Source: an uncultured virus (IMG/VR IMGVR_UViG_3300031998_000018)
Lineage: Duplodnaviria > Heunggongvirae > Uroviricota > Caudoviricetes
Reading direction: 5' to 3' (one strand)
Virus record (IMG/VR): IMGVR_UViG_3300031998_000018
Length of the DNA stretch: 64,000 nt
Part shown: piece by piece, positions 1 to 12,800 of the stretch
Position numbering within the stretch: position 1 is the stretch's first letter
Layout: each line of letters starts with the position of its first letter
Notes under the pieces: model-generated
The model's database searches: none
Seen by the model: the letters and a program-made list of their open reading frames with translations, nothing else
Told to the model about the DNA's origin: nothing
Made by a program: the position numbers and the translations under genes

Positions 1-2385
1 AATTTAATTAGCTGTTTAAATGGTAATCGCATTTATTTTCGCTCATCTAATACTACTACCTTAAACTCTGGTTCTTTTGTAGTTAAGAAAACTAATAGTC
101 TTGATGGGGTCAATGCGGCCTATGAAGTTGGTGGTTTATTAGCTTCTTTCTATAATTTTACAACTAATGGTAATGCTACTTCTTTATTTCGAAATACTGG
201 AGTGGTAAATGCGAAAGATTTAGATGTGAGTTATAATAATACTGCATATATATGTTAGTCTATGTTTGCGGGGTGTTCGTCTTTAATATCTACACCAATT
301 TTATATGCTACAACATTATAGGTTAATGCATATAATCAGATGTTTTACAATTGCATATCTTTGACTCAAGCTTCTGCATTGCCAGCGAAAACATTAATTA
401 ATTCTTGTTATTATTTTATGTTTGAAAATTGTACGTCATTAGTAGATATGCCTATAATTGAGGCTACCACTTTAGCAATGCATTGTTGTCGCGGTATGTT
501 CAGGGGATGCACTGCTTTAAAGAATTTATAGCCGCTCCTAGCCATAAAAATGAGCGATTATTGTTATAATCAAATGTTTTATGGATGTACATCATTAACA
601 CAGTTACCGCTGCTGCCTGCTACAACTTTAGCTCAATACTGTTATAGCAATATGTTTTATGGCTGTTCGAATATTAAATTATCTACCACTCAAACGGCTC
701 CATATTTAACTTTGTATAAAATACCCAATACCCCAGTATTTTATTATGACACCTTGTGGGATACTACTATGGTGACAACACCAGATAGTGAAGCTACAGT
801 AACAAATAGTCTAACGACGCAATGGCCGTTATAGCCAGTATATAAATTACCTAGTACTACTGTGTTTAATGGTAGTAGCACATATATTGATACTGGAATA
901 AAATTAAATGATACAGATAAAGATTTTACTTTATTTGTAGATTTTCAATATGCTAATAAATCTTAGTACATGCCTATCCTACATGCTTTATACGAGGCTA
1001 GTCCTTATCCTGGTACTCAAATTACATTAAGCAGTGATCAAACAAAAATTAGAATGTAGTATTATGGAGAAACAGCCATCGCAGATTATGATACTAATCG
1101 TCATACTGCTGCTATTACTCATGTGGGTGGTACGCAATAGGAAGCTATATTTTATTTTGATGATATTGTATAGAATGCACCAAAAACTATTACGTATTCT
1201 AATTTTTCATAGAATACATTGTTAGGATGCTATCAGAGTACTGGTGGCACTAGAGGTCGTTATTTTAATGGTACTTTGTATGATGCTCGTCTTTATTTTG
1301 ACTGTTTATCAGCTAATGATATTAGTAGATTATAGAATGGAGAAGAGTTAACGGATATTGTATATTCAATTCGTGGCACTACTTTATCAGGACTGACGTT
1401 TTCATCAAATAATAACAATTATGATAGCATGTATTGCGATAATACTGGTAACCTATATTATGGAGCTTCTGGAACAAATACTAAAGTTTATGATGTTTCT
1501 ACTGGTTGGGTAAGTGATAATTACAAATCATTAATTGTGCCTTCTGATAAGTCTTTGTTTGAAGATTTATTTGTTAATAATGGCAGTGCTAATTTATATA
1601 ATTCCTTAACTGTAACTACTGGATATTATATTAATGGTTCTGGGGTACTAACATCAGAAAACACTTGTTAGGTATCTGCTTATATTCCAGTTATACCTGG
1701 GCATTCTTATACTTGGACTGGAGTATCTGGTAAAACGGGCACCAATAATAAAAGAGCCGTGGGATATGCTACTAATGATTAGGCCACGGGTACTGCAATC
1801 AATTCTGTTGCCGTAACTGGAACGGGTGTGGATTATAATAATACCTTTACCGTGCCCACTGGTATAAACTATGTTAGGCTGTCATTTAATATTGCTGATA
1901 CAAATGTGATATTGATAGATAATGATGCCACTAATACGGGAGATTGGCTGACCTTTAAGTAGTAGAATCTCACAATTGTCTATGGATGGAATGTTAAAGG
2001 ACAGTCTCTCACTATGCCTTTTACCTCTAATTCCACTGATTATTCAGTTTTAAGTGTTGATACAACTGGCAATATACTTTATGACACCACTACTGCATAT
2101 AACGCTTCGTCTGGATGGACCGATAATAATTATAAAACAATTCGTACTACTTTCCAGACTTCTCTTGTATTTGTTGATGCTGATACTTGGCTTCCCTTTT
2201 ATACCACTAATAAAATTTCAGTGACAGGCCCTACTACTATTACCGTGCCAACTGGTGCTTTGGGTACGATGTTTACTAACACGGGCGGTACATTTACAGG
2301 TACTCCTACTATTAATAAAGCTTACTTTACTGATGCAGATGTTGTTCCTAATTGGTATGATTCATTGTCTCCAGGAGGTATCTAA
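1..2385 (+). CDS. 5'-truncated virion/adhesin protein with BspA/DUF285-like leucine-rich repeats and a LamG-like domain (code 15)
   Basis: Track ORFs 340, 550, 1429 and 2014 share frame 1, broken only by TAG, ending at TAA 2383-2385; repeated MFYGCTSL-type motifs. Confidence 0.75.
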
Positions 2386-2387
2386 TT

Positions 2388-3491
2388 ATGGCTCAAGTAA
2401 TGGTTGAAGAAAAATACCTTGAGGCTCTTGGAGATGCTTTAAGAAAGAAAACTGGTACTAATACTACATGGTTACCTTCTGAAATGCCTGAGGTAATAAG
2501 AAGTTTAGGTGTTTGGAGTTGGGTAAAAGATGATGGTACACATTATTTTCATTTAGTAATTGATGAAAAATGGCAATTAACGCAAGTAATGAATCTATAG
2601 TTAACCGGGACTATTGATTGGGGAGATGGGACTACTACTACTTGTTCTCATTCAGCAGTAACACAAGAATCTCATACTTATGCTACTTACGGTAAATATG
2701 TAATCCATGTCACAAGTAATAGTGGTACTAGCGTAATATGGGGTGCTAACAATTTTCATTCTAATGTAGTTGCGGGTTTGGCTGTTAGGTATTATGAGCT
2801 GGGAAAAAATTGGACATATAATACGGATGCTTTTGCAGATTTAGAAGCTGTAGAATTAATTTTTATTCATTTGTATGACTATGATTCAACGAGTATGACA
2901 GGTGGGACTGTTGTTGACTTAAAAAGTTCTTGGAGAGGATATTATTCATTAAGATATTTATATTGTACCACAGGCATTAATCTTGGGGTATCAGCTGGTT
3001 AGTCTATAAATCCAGGATTGCAGTTCTATGCGTTAGAGGCTTTTATTTGTCCATCCGTAACGGTATATGGCAGTTATAATGCAAGTTGTTTACCAGCATT
3101 CAACAGTCTTAAACATTTTGGAAAAGGCTTCATTTTTAATGCATCGGGTAGTATCCAAAATCAAACATGGTTTACGTATTCAGGAAATCTACGAGAATTT
3201 ATTAGGCTCCCCGCTGGCCAGACTTATTTTACTTATCAAAATCACGCTCCTGGTGGTAGTGCTTGTTATACAGTAATTATACCTTCTTATATAACTAGTA
3301 TTCCTTCTAATACTTTCAATATGACTGTCCGAGAATTACATCTCTTAGGCACCGCTCCTCCAACATTAAGTGATGATAGCCTAACATTACAGCCTCAATA
3401 TTCTAAAATCTATGTGCCAACTGGATATTTATCAACTTATAAATCAGCTACCAACTGGGCAAAGTATGCAGATTATATGGTGGAGGAATAA
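2388..3491 (+). CDS. PKD-like (IDWGDG) plus BspA-type LRR-cap virion protein (code 15)
   Basis: ORFs 2388/2778/3018 in one frame joined over TAG; C-terminal IYVPTGYLSTYKSATNW motif typical of BspA-like proteins. Confidence 0.7.
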
Positions 3492-3493
3492 TT

Positions 3494-4557
3494 ATGGGAC
3501 AAGTTGCTATATCTGAAACTACATTGGCAAACCTCAATCAGGCTACTAGAACTTTATATAAGGATAATGTTACCAGAGACTTAACTCAGATTCCTGACGC
3601 TGTTGATTTTGCAAACACAGAAGAAATGTGGAGCTGGGTAAAAATGATGGTGGTACATATTTACATCTTTTTGTAGATGACTTTCAGCACCTAGATGTTT
3701 CTATTTTTGTAAAAGTTATTGGTACATTGGATTGGGGAGATGGAAGTCTTATTGAGACCTGCAATGACTCTGCTGTTACCTATCATACCCATACTTATAG
3801 CAAAACTAGCCATTATGTAATAAAATTAAAGGGCACTATCGTACTAGGTACTTCCTCTCATTGCATGACAGGCTCTGATGCTATAGCAACGAGATATTTA
3901 TAGAAAATAGAAATAGGAGCAGGAACAACCTTTCAGTCTGGAGGGTTGAATGCAACTTAGGCATGCTATGTTTCTTTTTCAGATAAATCTTCGGGCAGTA
4001 GTGGGTATAACTGGTAGTCAAGCCCCATTAGATTTTTACATCTTAATAAGGTTACAATAAGTCTGCCAACCTATGGTATGTCAGCTTACACCGGATGTCA
4101 AATTCGCTCTGTTTATGGAGATGGCACCATTAAAGTGAATGGAATTCATGCCTTTAGAAGCACTTCTTTCTACACAATGGATAAAGTAGTAGTGGATTTA
4201 GCTGATGTAAGTTCTAATAGTAGATATTTCCCCTCTGCTGGAGCAGTATGTTCTCGGCTTCATTTAAAAAATCCCCTTAGTACATCTTAGGGTATTCCAA
4301 ATTAGTTTGTGGGGTCTTATTATTATCTTAATTTTCCCTCTAATCTTACTGCTTTCAATGATAGTACTTCTTCTATAACTATTTTATCAGAAGGAGAACT
4401 TCATTGTCAAGCCACAACCCCGCCCACACTTCGCTCTGGCTCAATTATTTGTTAGACTGGCGCGAAAATATATGTCCCTGTTGGATACCTAGAAACTTAT
4501 CAAGCAGCTTCAAACTGGTCTGCTCTTGCAGACTATATGGAGGAGGAACCATCATAA
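3494..4557 (+). pseudogene. Paralog of 2388..3491 with a one-base frameshift at the A5 tract 3640-3644
   Basis: WSWVK in one frame continues as NDGGTYLHLFVD...LDWGDG...IYVPVGYLETYQAASNW in another; matches the paralog's WSWVKDDGTHYFHLVID. Confidence 0.7.
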
Positions 4558-4802
4558 TGCTAATTGTTGACAATAACTATAAAACAAGAGGAGACGGCGT
4601 GGTTCTTAAACGTACTTACTCCGACTCCAATCACTATATCATGACATCTACTGGCATCTACTATAATGAGGCCATTGATGTACCCACTTGTCCCAATATT
4701 TATTTTGAAACCCCCTTTTCGATTGACGAATATAATACAAATGGTGACATTATATATAGAAAGAATTCCAATATTCCACCCGAAGAGGAGCCTCAATCAT
4801 GA
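4557..4802 (+). CDS. Hypothetical tail-associated protein
   Basis: ATG overlaps upstream TAA, GGAGG RBS upstream. Confidence 0.6.
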   Translation: MLIVDNNYKTRGDGVVLKRTYSDSNHYIMTSTGIYYNEAIDVPTCPNIYFETPFSIDEYNTNGDIIYRKNSNIPPEEEPQS

Positions 4803-5023
4803 CCTACTACGTCTTAGTTTTCTACGAAAATCTCGACTCAACTTTTGGTACATCAATTTACGAGTACTCTACCGAAATGGAAGCGCGCGTTGCTATGTAC
4901 GACAGACTTTCCGCATTGATCAGTAGCAACGAATATCTCGGCGCCACTGTTCAAGTCACTCAACCAGACGGGCGCATTGTCTATGAAACCTCTTGGAATA
5001 TGAATATGCAAGGAGAACACTAA
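4799..5023 (+). CDS. Hypothetical protein
   Basis: ATGA overlap, AAGGAG RBS. Confidence 0.6.
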   Translation: MTYYVLVFYENLDSTFGTSIYEYSTEMEARVAMYDRLSALISSNEYLGATVQVTQPDGRIVYETSWNMNMQGEH

Positions 5024-5265
5024 TGGAACGTACCTTTCTTATCGAGCTGCAGTCTCGTCCAGACGGCATTATCAACAGCTCTATCAACAGTTATAGCACC
5101 TTTAACATAACCCTCTCTATGTATTATCAAAGATGCGCTGCGGCTGTTACATCAACTAACTTCACAAGCGTTACTTTGATGATCGTTACAGCATCGGGAG
5201 AGACTCTGTATTCTATTAAACTAGATACTGCTTACGTCGCGCCCGACCCCGAACCCGAAGAATAA
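5023..5265 (+). CDS. Hypothetical protein, paralog of 5306..5569
   Basis: FLIELQSRPDGI...SINSYST shared with next gene; TAATG coupling. Confidence 0.7.
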   Translation: MERTFLIELQSRPDGIINSSINSYSTFNITLSMYYQRCAAAVTSTNFTSVTLMIVTASGETLYSIKLDTAYVAPDPEPEE

Positions 5266-5305
5266 TTTGCCTCAGGGCAATTAAATATATCAAAGGAGAA
5301 CAAAA

Positions 5306-5569
5306 ATGTCTAGACTTTTCCTTATTGAACTTCAGAACCGTCCCGATGGCATCACTAACCAGTCCATCAACAGTTATAGCACTCCAGCTACAACCATGTC
5401 GATGTTCTATCAGCGTTGCGCAGTTGCTATCACCAACACCTCATTCCTGAGTGTTACACTCGTAGTTATTGATGAACTTGGAAACATAATGGAAGATAAA
5501 AATATCGTAACCCAGTATGTTCCGCCTGAGCCGGAACCTGAACCCGAGCCTGAACCGGAAGGCAACTAA
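5306..5569 (+). CDS. Hypothetical protein with PE-repeat tail, paralog of 5023..5265
   Basis: AAGGAG RBS; FLIELQNRPDGI...SINSYST. Confidence 0.7.
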   Translation: MSRLFLIELQNRPDGITNQSINSYSTPATTMSMFYQRCAVAITNTSFLSVTLVVIDELGNIMEDKNIVTQYVPPEPEPEPEPEPEGN

Positions 5570-5570
5570 T

Positions 5571-5610
5571 AAAAGAAGCCCGGTGGTCACTTCTGACCAT
5601 CGGGCGTTTT
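5571..5610. terminator. Bidirectional intrinsic terminator
   Basis: GCCCGGTGGTCA/TGACCATCGGGC stem with A-run before and T-run after, between convergent genes. Confidence 0.7.
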
Positions 5611-6132
5611 CTATGCCGGTTGAATATTCATTGGGCGGATCTTGTTTTCTTCTTTGATTTCGACTGTCCAGTCAGGGTTTTTAATCTCTCCTTGAGCATT
5701 AAATACTTTCCACTGAACAATTTCTTTCCAGATATTGTCGATTTGATGATTACCATCAAGGTTCTTATATGTCACATATAAGTCCTTTAAGGTGATCTGT
5801 TCATCCACTGTCACGGCGCATGCTTGTTCATGCTTCTCATAGAAATCTAAGATCCAAGTACCGATTGCCTCACGACTTGCCTGAGCAAGAACTCCTATAT
5901 TGTGAGACTGATCAATGTTTTGCTATTCAATCCGTTGTAACTGAGGTGATAAGGACTCATCCACTGCTTTCTTGACTTCTGCAACAAAGGCGTCTCTGCG
6001 TTGCTTGCGAGATTTCTTGAAAATCTCTATTGGCTTACCAAGTGCTTGGCAGATACCTGCAATCGCGCCAACTGCTGCTCCAATCAAGATAATGATGTTA
6101 CATATCATCTAAAGCAATTCTAGTGTTTCCAT
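5587..6132 (-). CDS. Membrane protein with N-terminal TM helix, holin-accessory-like (code 15)
   Basis: GGAGG RBS; track ORFs 5923 and 5611 in one frame across TAGs, ends TGA. Confidence 0.55.
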
Positions 6133-6208
6133 TACCTACCCTCCATTATTCGTTAGATTTTCTTTGCTTCCGTTTAACAAGTAAGGGAACTGAAAAGAGA
6201 ATACAATT

Positions 6209-6610
6209 TTATTGTTTTGACTTGATCAATTTTTCACGCACTTCGTCATTATGCCAACGGTTTTTGGCTTTGTAGTCATTCTTGAAGAGGTCGGCCGCGG
6301 AGTGCAGACGGGGAGCATCGAAGTAAGGAATAAGATAGATGTCCATATCGTTGGCGAGTGCATAGGAGATCTTTTCACGATCCCGTTCGAGGGCCGCGCG
6401 CCATTGACGAGTATTGGCGTAGAAAGCAGTGACATATTCATAATGCTACTGGCCTTGGAACTCGATGATTGCGGGACGACCGTGATAGTCTTCGATATAG
6501 AAGTCATAACGATATCGGCCCTTGCGAAGATCATTGAAGGTTTTTTCTTGGACGAAATTGATTTTTGCTTTTTGCAAAAGTTTGACGATTAGTTCTTCAC
6601 CTTTACTCAT
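6209..6610 (-). CDS. Vsr/DUF559-like PD-(D/E)XK endonuclease (code 15)
   Basis: MSKGEELI...QEKTF...RYDFY...IEFQGQ(TAG)HY...RDREK; TAG falls on the conserved Q of ExxGxQHY. Confidence 0.75.
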
Positions 6611-6882
6611 GACGCACCTCCTATAGTTTATATAAATAAGTGAAAATGTTGATTGGGACGTACACTGCGCGCTGCCATAAATTTTAATCATTCTTGGAAG
6701 TCTTGGATGGGACGGGCGCAGTGTACATACTAATTTGACGCACAAAATTCTATATCGACTTTGCACTAACTTTACTTAATATTAGACAAGGGAAACCGCG
6801 GCGTGAGCCATTTTATGTCACTCATAAATCAGTCCGTGGTATGCTTGTCGCATATCACTATTTTATTTATGGAGGGAAAACT

Positions 6883-7089
6883 ATGGCTGACTTAACACAA
6901 AATAATTACGTCTTAGCACAATCTTTTAACCGTGCGAATGTTTAGGATAGGCTTTGGTATGTAATGGATGAGTCTGATTTAGATACGCTTAAGGATGAGC
7001 AAACAATTGCCTTCGGTGATAAGGCATATGTCATTAAAACAAAAGCCCTTTATATTATGGGTAATGACGATACTTGGTATGAGATGTGA
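6883..7089 (+). CDS. Small hypothetical virion protein (code 15)
   Basis: GGAGG RBS, one internal TAG, ends TGA. Confidence 0.6.
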
Positions 7090-7094
7090 GGTAA

Positions 7095-7850
7095 ATGATG
7101 GATATAATTAGTTTTGCTAAAGCTAGTGCGGCTGGAAGCGGCGGCAGTATCCAACTAAAGACCATCAATGGTAATGACTTAAAGGGAACAGGCAACATCG
7201 CTATTACCACTTATCAAGCCTTTCCAGAAGCATGGGCCGATTATACCGCCGCGAATAAAACCACAAAACAATTTTGTGATGTAATTGATGCTGATACAAC
7301 TGCTGTTATCGGCATGGGTTACTTTGGTGGCGCCAGATTTAGCGACAAACCTGCTGGTTTATCAAACTTTGATATAGTCGTTGAGATATTAGCTGGCCCC
7401 AATTCCTCAAAAGCCATTCATTTAATCGGCACAAGTAGTAGTGTCTATCCATATAGATGGGAGTATACCTACTGGTCTCATGGTAGCGTTAGCGGCTGGC
7501 GCGGAGTACAACCCGAAATTGGTATCAATGCAACTTTAACTGGTGGTGAAACTCCAATTTCTTCTTTGAAGTTCGGTAATACCACATATAGTGTCGGTAA
7601 ATTATACAGACATGACGTCATAGTTGATAGTCATAAAATTACTGTTATTCTGCCATTCAGTGACACAATCGCAAATCACACATCCAGTTTATCACATGGT
7701 GTGGTTGGCACTTTATTAGATGCCAACTCTATTCCTACTGGTGTTGGTACTGTTTGTTGGAACGTTGACGAATGGGAAATTTATGACGCTGTTGGAACAA
7801 ACACCGCATCTAAAGCAACTTGCGGTGATACAATAACAGAATTAGAGTAA
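7095..7850 (+). CDS. Hypothetical tail/virion protein
   Basis: LKTINGNDLKGTGNIAI motif seen in phage fibre proteins; late operon context. Confidence 0.6.
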   Translation: MMDIISFAKASAAGSGGSIQLKTINGNDLKGTGNIAITTYQAFPEAWADYTAANKTTKQFCDVIDADTTAVIGMGYFGGARFSDKPAGLSNFDIVVEILAGPNSSKAIHLIGTSSSVYPYRWEYTYWSHGSVSGWRGVQPEIGINATLTGGETPISSLKFGNTTYSVGKLYRHDVIVDSHKITVILPFSDTIANHTSSLSHGVVGTLLDANSIPTGVGTVCWNVDEWEIYDAVGTNTASKATCGDTITELE

Positions 7851-7882
7851 AAGGATTTAGTTAAATAGGAGTAAAAGGAGTT

Positions 7883-8236
7883 ATGCAATAGAAGCCTGCA
7901 CATTTAATCCAACGATATAACACGGCGGCAGTGTGGACCTCGAATAATCCTGTTTTACTCAGTGGTGAATTAGGAATCGAGTCCGATACTGGCAAGGTAA
8001 AGCTCGGTGACGGCACTACCCCGTGGATATCGTTGGATTATTTTGTAACTAATGAAGGACAAACCTCCTACACGGCGGGCGCTGGTGTTATCCTTGATCC
8101 GAATACTCATATACTTACTGCTAATCTATTGTATGATATACTTACTGATGAGTGGGCATGGCAGGTAGGAAGTACTCTATATATTATGACTGCTCAGTAG
8201 GCGCAATAGAATAGCAACACATTAAAGATATGGTGA
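7883..8236 (+). CDS. Mtd_N (major tropism determinant N-terminal)-like protein (code 15)
   Basis: WTSNNPVLLSGELGIESDTGKVKLGDGTTPW motif; three TAGs read through. Confidence 0.75.
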
Positions 8237-8240
8237 CGAT

Positions 8241-9242
8241 ATGGCAGATGTAAAGTTAAAGAACCCACAAGGTACAGAAACGACCTACACAGGCGTTTCA
8301 TAGATATAGGTACTAAACCCAAGCAATAGCTGGGCCACCTTCGCGCAAGGTGGTATAGTGCCAACAGGAAATATCAATCTGACCAATCTAACACGAACAA
8401 ATGTCGCTCAATATGAAACGGCGCAAATCGTCGATGGAAATCTGATTGCGGCCAACATAAAGAGTGGAACAACAATACTTGGTATTACAGGTACTTATGC
8501 TGGAAGCGGCGGTATTACACCAAGTGGGACATTAAATATTACGGCTAATAATACTTATGATGTAACAAATTATGCATCGGCCGCAGTCAACGTACCAGCT
8601 AGCGCGGTAGTAAGTGGAAATATCAATTTAACTAGTAACACGACTTACAATGTGACTGATTATGCGACTGCTACAGTTAATGTAAGCGCTGCTACGGCAG
8701 ATACATTAGGTGATAAATCTATTGCTACTAATGGCACTCATAATGTGGTTGGCTATTCACGAGCTATAGTTAATGTGCCTGCTAGCGCCGTAGTGAGCGG
8801 GACAAAAAGCATTACTGCTAATGGCATGTCAGATGTTACTGAATATGCTTCAGTTAATGTTAATGTGCCGCAAGGCGTGTTCCCAGCAAATACTTACAAT
8901 ATAGATGCAAATGGTGTATATAATATCACCAATTATGCTTCAGTTGATGTTCATCTTCCAGTTGATGTTAAACGAACTTCTGGACCATCGAGTTTTACTC
9001 AAACTACTGGTTGGCGTCCAGAAGCTGTGGCTGTATTATATACCTACTATAATGAAGACGAAGGAACTTACGAAACTGAATCTGCTCACGTTACAGTTAG
9101 TGGCGGTTCTATTTCGGGTGAGCCAGAAGATAGTATTACCTTTACATCTACGGGATATGTCGCTAGTCTTCTAGGTACTAGTTTTAACGACTATCCTGAA
9201 TTATATACTGATTTTATTTATGTGGCTTATCGTCGCACTTAA
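8241..9242 (+). CDS. Tail-associated repeat protein (NxTYDVTNYASAxVNV repeats) (code 15)
   Basis: ATG 8241 in frame with track ORF 8358 across two TAGs; about five internal repeats. Confidence 0.7.
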
Positions 9243-9253
9243 GGAGGTATATT

Positions 9254-9532
9254 ATGGCACCTACAATGGCTGATCTACTTTCGATGAAACAGCAGCATCC
9301 TGTCAACACCTCCGAACAATGGGCTGCGATCAATCCCGTCTTATTTCCTGATGAAATGGCTTTTGAGTCTGATACTCAACTCTTTAAAATTGGCGACGGC
9401 GTTCATCGTTGGAATGATCTTCCTTACAGCCTGAGTGCCACAAACCAAATTTTCCCCGGCAATGGTATTATCATCAACAATACTGTTATTGGTACTGATT
9501 TGCTTTATGAAGAGGTGACAATCAATGGCTAA
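9254..9532 (+). CDS. Mtd_N-like protein
   Basis: WAAINPVLFPDEMAFESDTQLFKIGDGVHRWNDLPY. Confidence 0.75.
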   Translation: MAPTMADLLSMKQQHPVNTSEQWAAINPVLFPDEMAFESDTQLFKIGDGVHRWNDLPYSLSATNQIFPGNGIIINNTVIGTDLLYEEVTING

Positions 9533-9791
9533 AAAACTAGTAACCCGCATCTCTCAGAGGTCAGATACTACTGCCGGCTGGACTCGCGCTAACCCCGTCC
9601 TCTTCCCAGGAGAGATCGGTATCGAAACAGATACGGCCCGTGTCAAACATGGAGATGGCGTCTCCACATGGAATGCTCTCCCCTACTGGTCGGGCGCAGA
9701 CAGAACTTATACTGCCACAGATGGTATAACAATAAATAACAATGTAATTGCTGCAACTTTATTATTTGATGTAATTAATCTCGAATCTTAA
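9525..9791 (+). CDS. Mtd_N-like protein
   Basis: WTRANPVLFPGEIGIETDTARVKHGDGVSTWNALPY. Confidence 0.75.
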   Translation: MAKKLVTRISQRSDTTAGWTRANPVLFPGEIGIETDTARVKHGDGVSTWNALPYWSGADRTYTATDGITINNNVIAATLLFDVINLES

Positions 9792-9808
9792 CGAAAGGGG
9801 GCTCCACA

Positions 9809-12800
9809 ATGGCTGAATTGTTTATATAGTTAAAAAATGCGAATGGAGACCTTCTCTATCCGCGTACAAGATGGGCCGCTGTCCTTGACAAGCCTTCTTT
9901 TGTGACTGTAGAGCAATTAAATACAAAGCAAGATATTCTAACATAGGCCGCTAATGCGGGTAATGGTATCACAATCAATAATGGTGTGATTTCCGTTAAT
10001 CCTAGTGGTAGTGTGTTCGAATTCATCAATCAAGCTCTGACACTCAAGGGCATCAATAATGCTACAAGTGGTCAGTTCCTTATGTCCGATGGCAATGGTG
10101 GTATTTCTTGGTCTACACCAGGTACTACCTATGTCTTACCACCAGCTACAAGCAGTGCGCTCGGTGGTATCAAAATCGGATACTCTACTAGCCCAGCAGA
10201 TAAGAACTATGCTATCTTACTGTCAAATGACAACAAAGCATATGTTAATGTCCCATGGACCGATACAATCTATACTCACCCAGCATACACAGCAGCCTCT
10301 GCCGCGGCCGTCAAGGTCGGGCGCGATTCTACGGGCCATGTCGTGCTTGGGACTGCGCTTACTGCATCGGACGTAGGCGCGCTCTCTGCCCTTATCAAGT
10401 ATGGTGCTGATGTCTCGGTTTCTTTTGACGGGACAAATTATATCCTAACTACCACTTTACTTGATCAAGATGGTAATACATTAGGCACTGCTGCTAACAC
10501 TACACTTCCATTTAGTGACTTTTAGCCAAAGATCACCTCCACTAACAAGCTTGATGCTGATTTAGTTGATGATTCAAGCAGCACCCATAAATTCATCACT
10601 GCGGCGCAGTCTTCAAAGTTAGCTGGCATCCAAGCCGGAGCGGAAGTCAATGTGCAGTCAGATTGGAACTAGATTAATACCTCAGCAGATGACTACATCA
10701 AGAACAAGCCAACTCATACGAGTGACTTCATCAATAATGGTGAAGGTAGTTCAACCTTCCTTGAAGCATCTGATGTTGTTAATACCTATTCTTCCTCTAG
10801 TACAGCACCGATCAGTGGAACAGGTGTTGCTGCTGCTTTAGCTACCCTACCAACTCCAATGCAATTCAAAGGTTCAGTTGGTACAGGAGGCACAATTACT
10901 TGGGCTAATTTGCCAGCGGCCGCCGCTTCGAACAATGGTTTTACTTATAAAGTAATTACAGATCATAATACGGCACCTATTTGTAAAGCAGGCGACACTA
11001 TTGTTTCTAATGGAACTAGTTGGGTTGTCATTCCTTCGGGTGATGAGCCAAGTGGAACTGTTACGTCAGTAGCAATAGGAACTGACGGCGGCATAACAAT
11101 ATCGGGTAGTCCAATTACTACTTCTGGCACTATCAAGATTAGTCATGCTGATACTAGTAGCCAATCTAGCGTCAGCAACAGTGGGCGCACTTACATCCAG
11201 AGTGTGACACTTGATACATATGGACATGTAACTGCTTTAACTAGTGCTTCAGAGACTGTTATAAATAGTTGGCGCCCTGTCGCAGCTGGTAATAATACTT
11301 TGAATGATACTACTACGACTTTAACAGTTGCAGGTAGTAGCGGTATTAATGCAAGTCTTTCTATATCTGGCACAACTAAGGGGACTCTGACTATTAGTCC
11401 TTCAAGCGGATATATTATTCCAACTGAAACCGCTTTTAATAATAAAATAACACATGATGATCTTAGTGCAGAAGCTCCATTAACCTATACAGGGCAGGGT
11501 AGTTTCGGATTAAGTTATGATAATAATTCATTAGAGTTAACTACTGGTTAGATACCAGCATTAAAAGTTAAGAATAATGGTCACCAACATACCATTAGCC
11601 TTACCAAAACTGGAACTTCAACTATTTCTCTTGAAGCCAATACGAATTATACGTTGGCTTTGGGCGGAGGGACTAGTGTTGTATTTAAGACGCCTGTTGA
11701 TAATAATACTATGTATTCATTTAGAACAGGAGATACTTCTTCAACCAATGGCGCCTTCCAGTATCAAGTTGATAATGGCGCCTGGGTTAGTGTTCCAATT
11801 AAAGGCCTTAATGATCTTGCCTTTATCAGTGGCGATGATAATAATCAAAATACCTATTTAAAATATACAGGTCTTGGAGCCTATACTTGGACAAAACCTG
11901 CCTGGACTGAATTAATAGGAGTACCGAGTGAGTTCACTCCTTCTGCGCATGAACATGCATGGAGTGATATCAGTAGCGGCAAACCAGTTACCTTATAGGG
12001 TTATGGTATTACCGATGCTAAAATAGAAAATGGAACAATCACTCTTGGTTCTAATAGCATTACTCCATTAACTACACATTAGGCTGTTGTTAATAATGAT
12101 CCTACTGCTCAATGGAGTAGTAACGTTATTATTGGTAGTATTGGAGGTCATAATTTATCTTTTAATATGCCAGCCAACCCTGATACTAATACCACTTATA
12201 GTTTAAATGTTAATGGTACTAGCACAAATGCTGGAAAAGTAGGCTTAGTATCTGCAAATCCAGCGTCTACGACTTGGTATGTTATTCCTTATGCTACTAC
12301 AGCAGGCAGTACTCCATTAGCAACTGCTGCTAATTAGCTTAATAGTTCGGTAGATGGCAACCCTATAGGAGCTGGTAGTTCAACTAATCCTGTATATTTC
12401 AGTAGTGGCAAGCCTGTTGCTTGTGGATTTACTGTAGAAACAAGCGTTCCTGCAAATGCAGTATTTACAGATACCAATACATGGCGGCCTATTAAATATA
12501 ATACTACTACTTTAAATGATGCATCTACTACATTAGAATTTATTGCGGGTAGTAATACAAGTTTAGCTTTTAGTAATGGTAAATTAACCATTAGCGCCAC
12601 TAATACTACATATTCATTTTCATCTCCTTTATAGATTGATACAGAGACTAATACTGTTAGTATATTAGTTGGAACTACTGGCGGAGTGGCCGCTTATAAT
12701 CATAGCCACACCAATATGGTTACTGGCTCTGGTTTGACCGCTAATTATTTTGTAGTTGGCGGTGGGAGTAGCGCGATCGCAATATCGTCTATGAAACCCA

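Noticed and set aside
6251..6592. Plus-strand 113-aa ORF and similar antisense ORFs (e.g. 25587, 60545, 62095, 62980)
   Set aside because: Shadows of better-supported genes on the opposite strand
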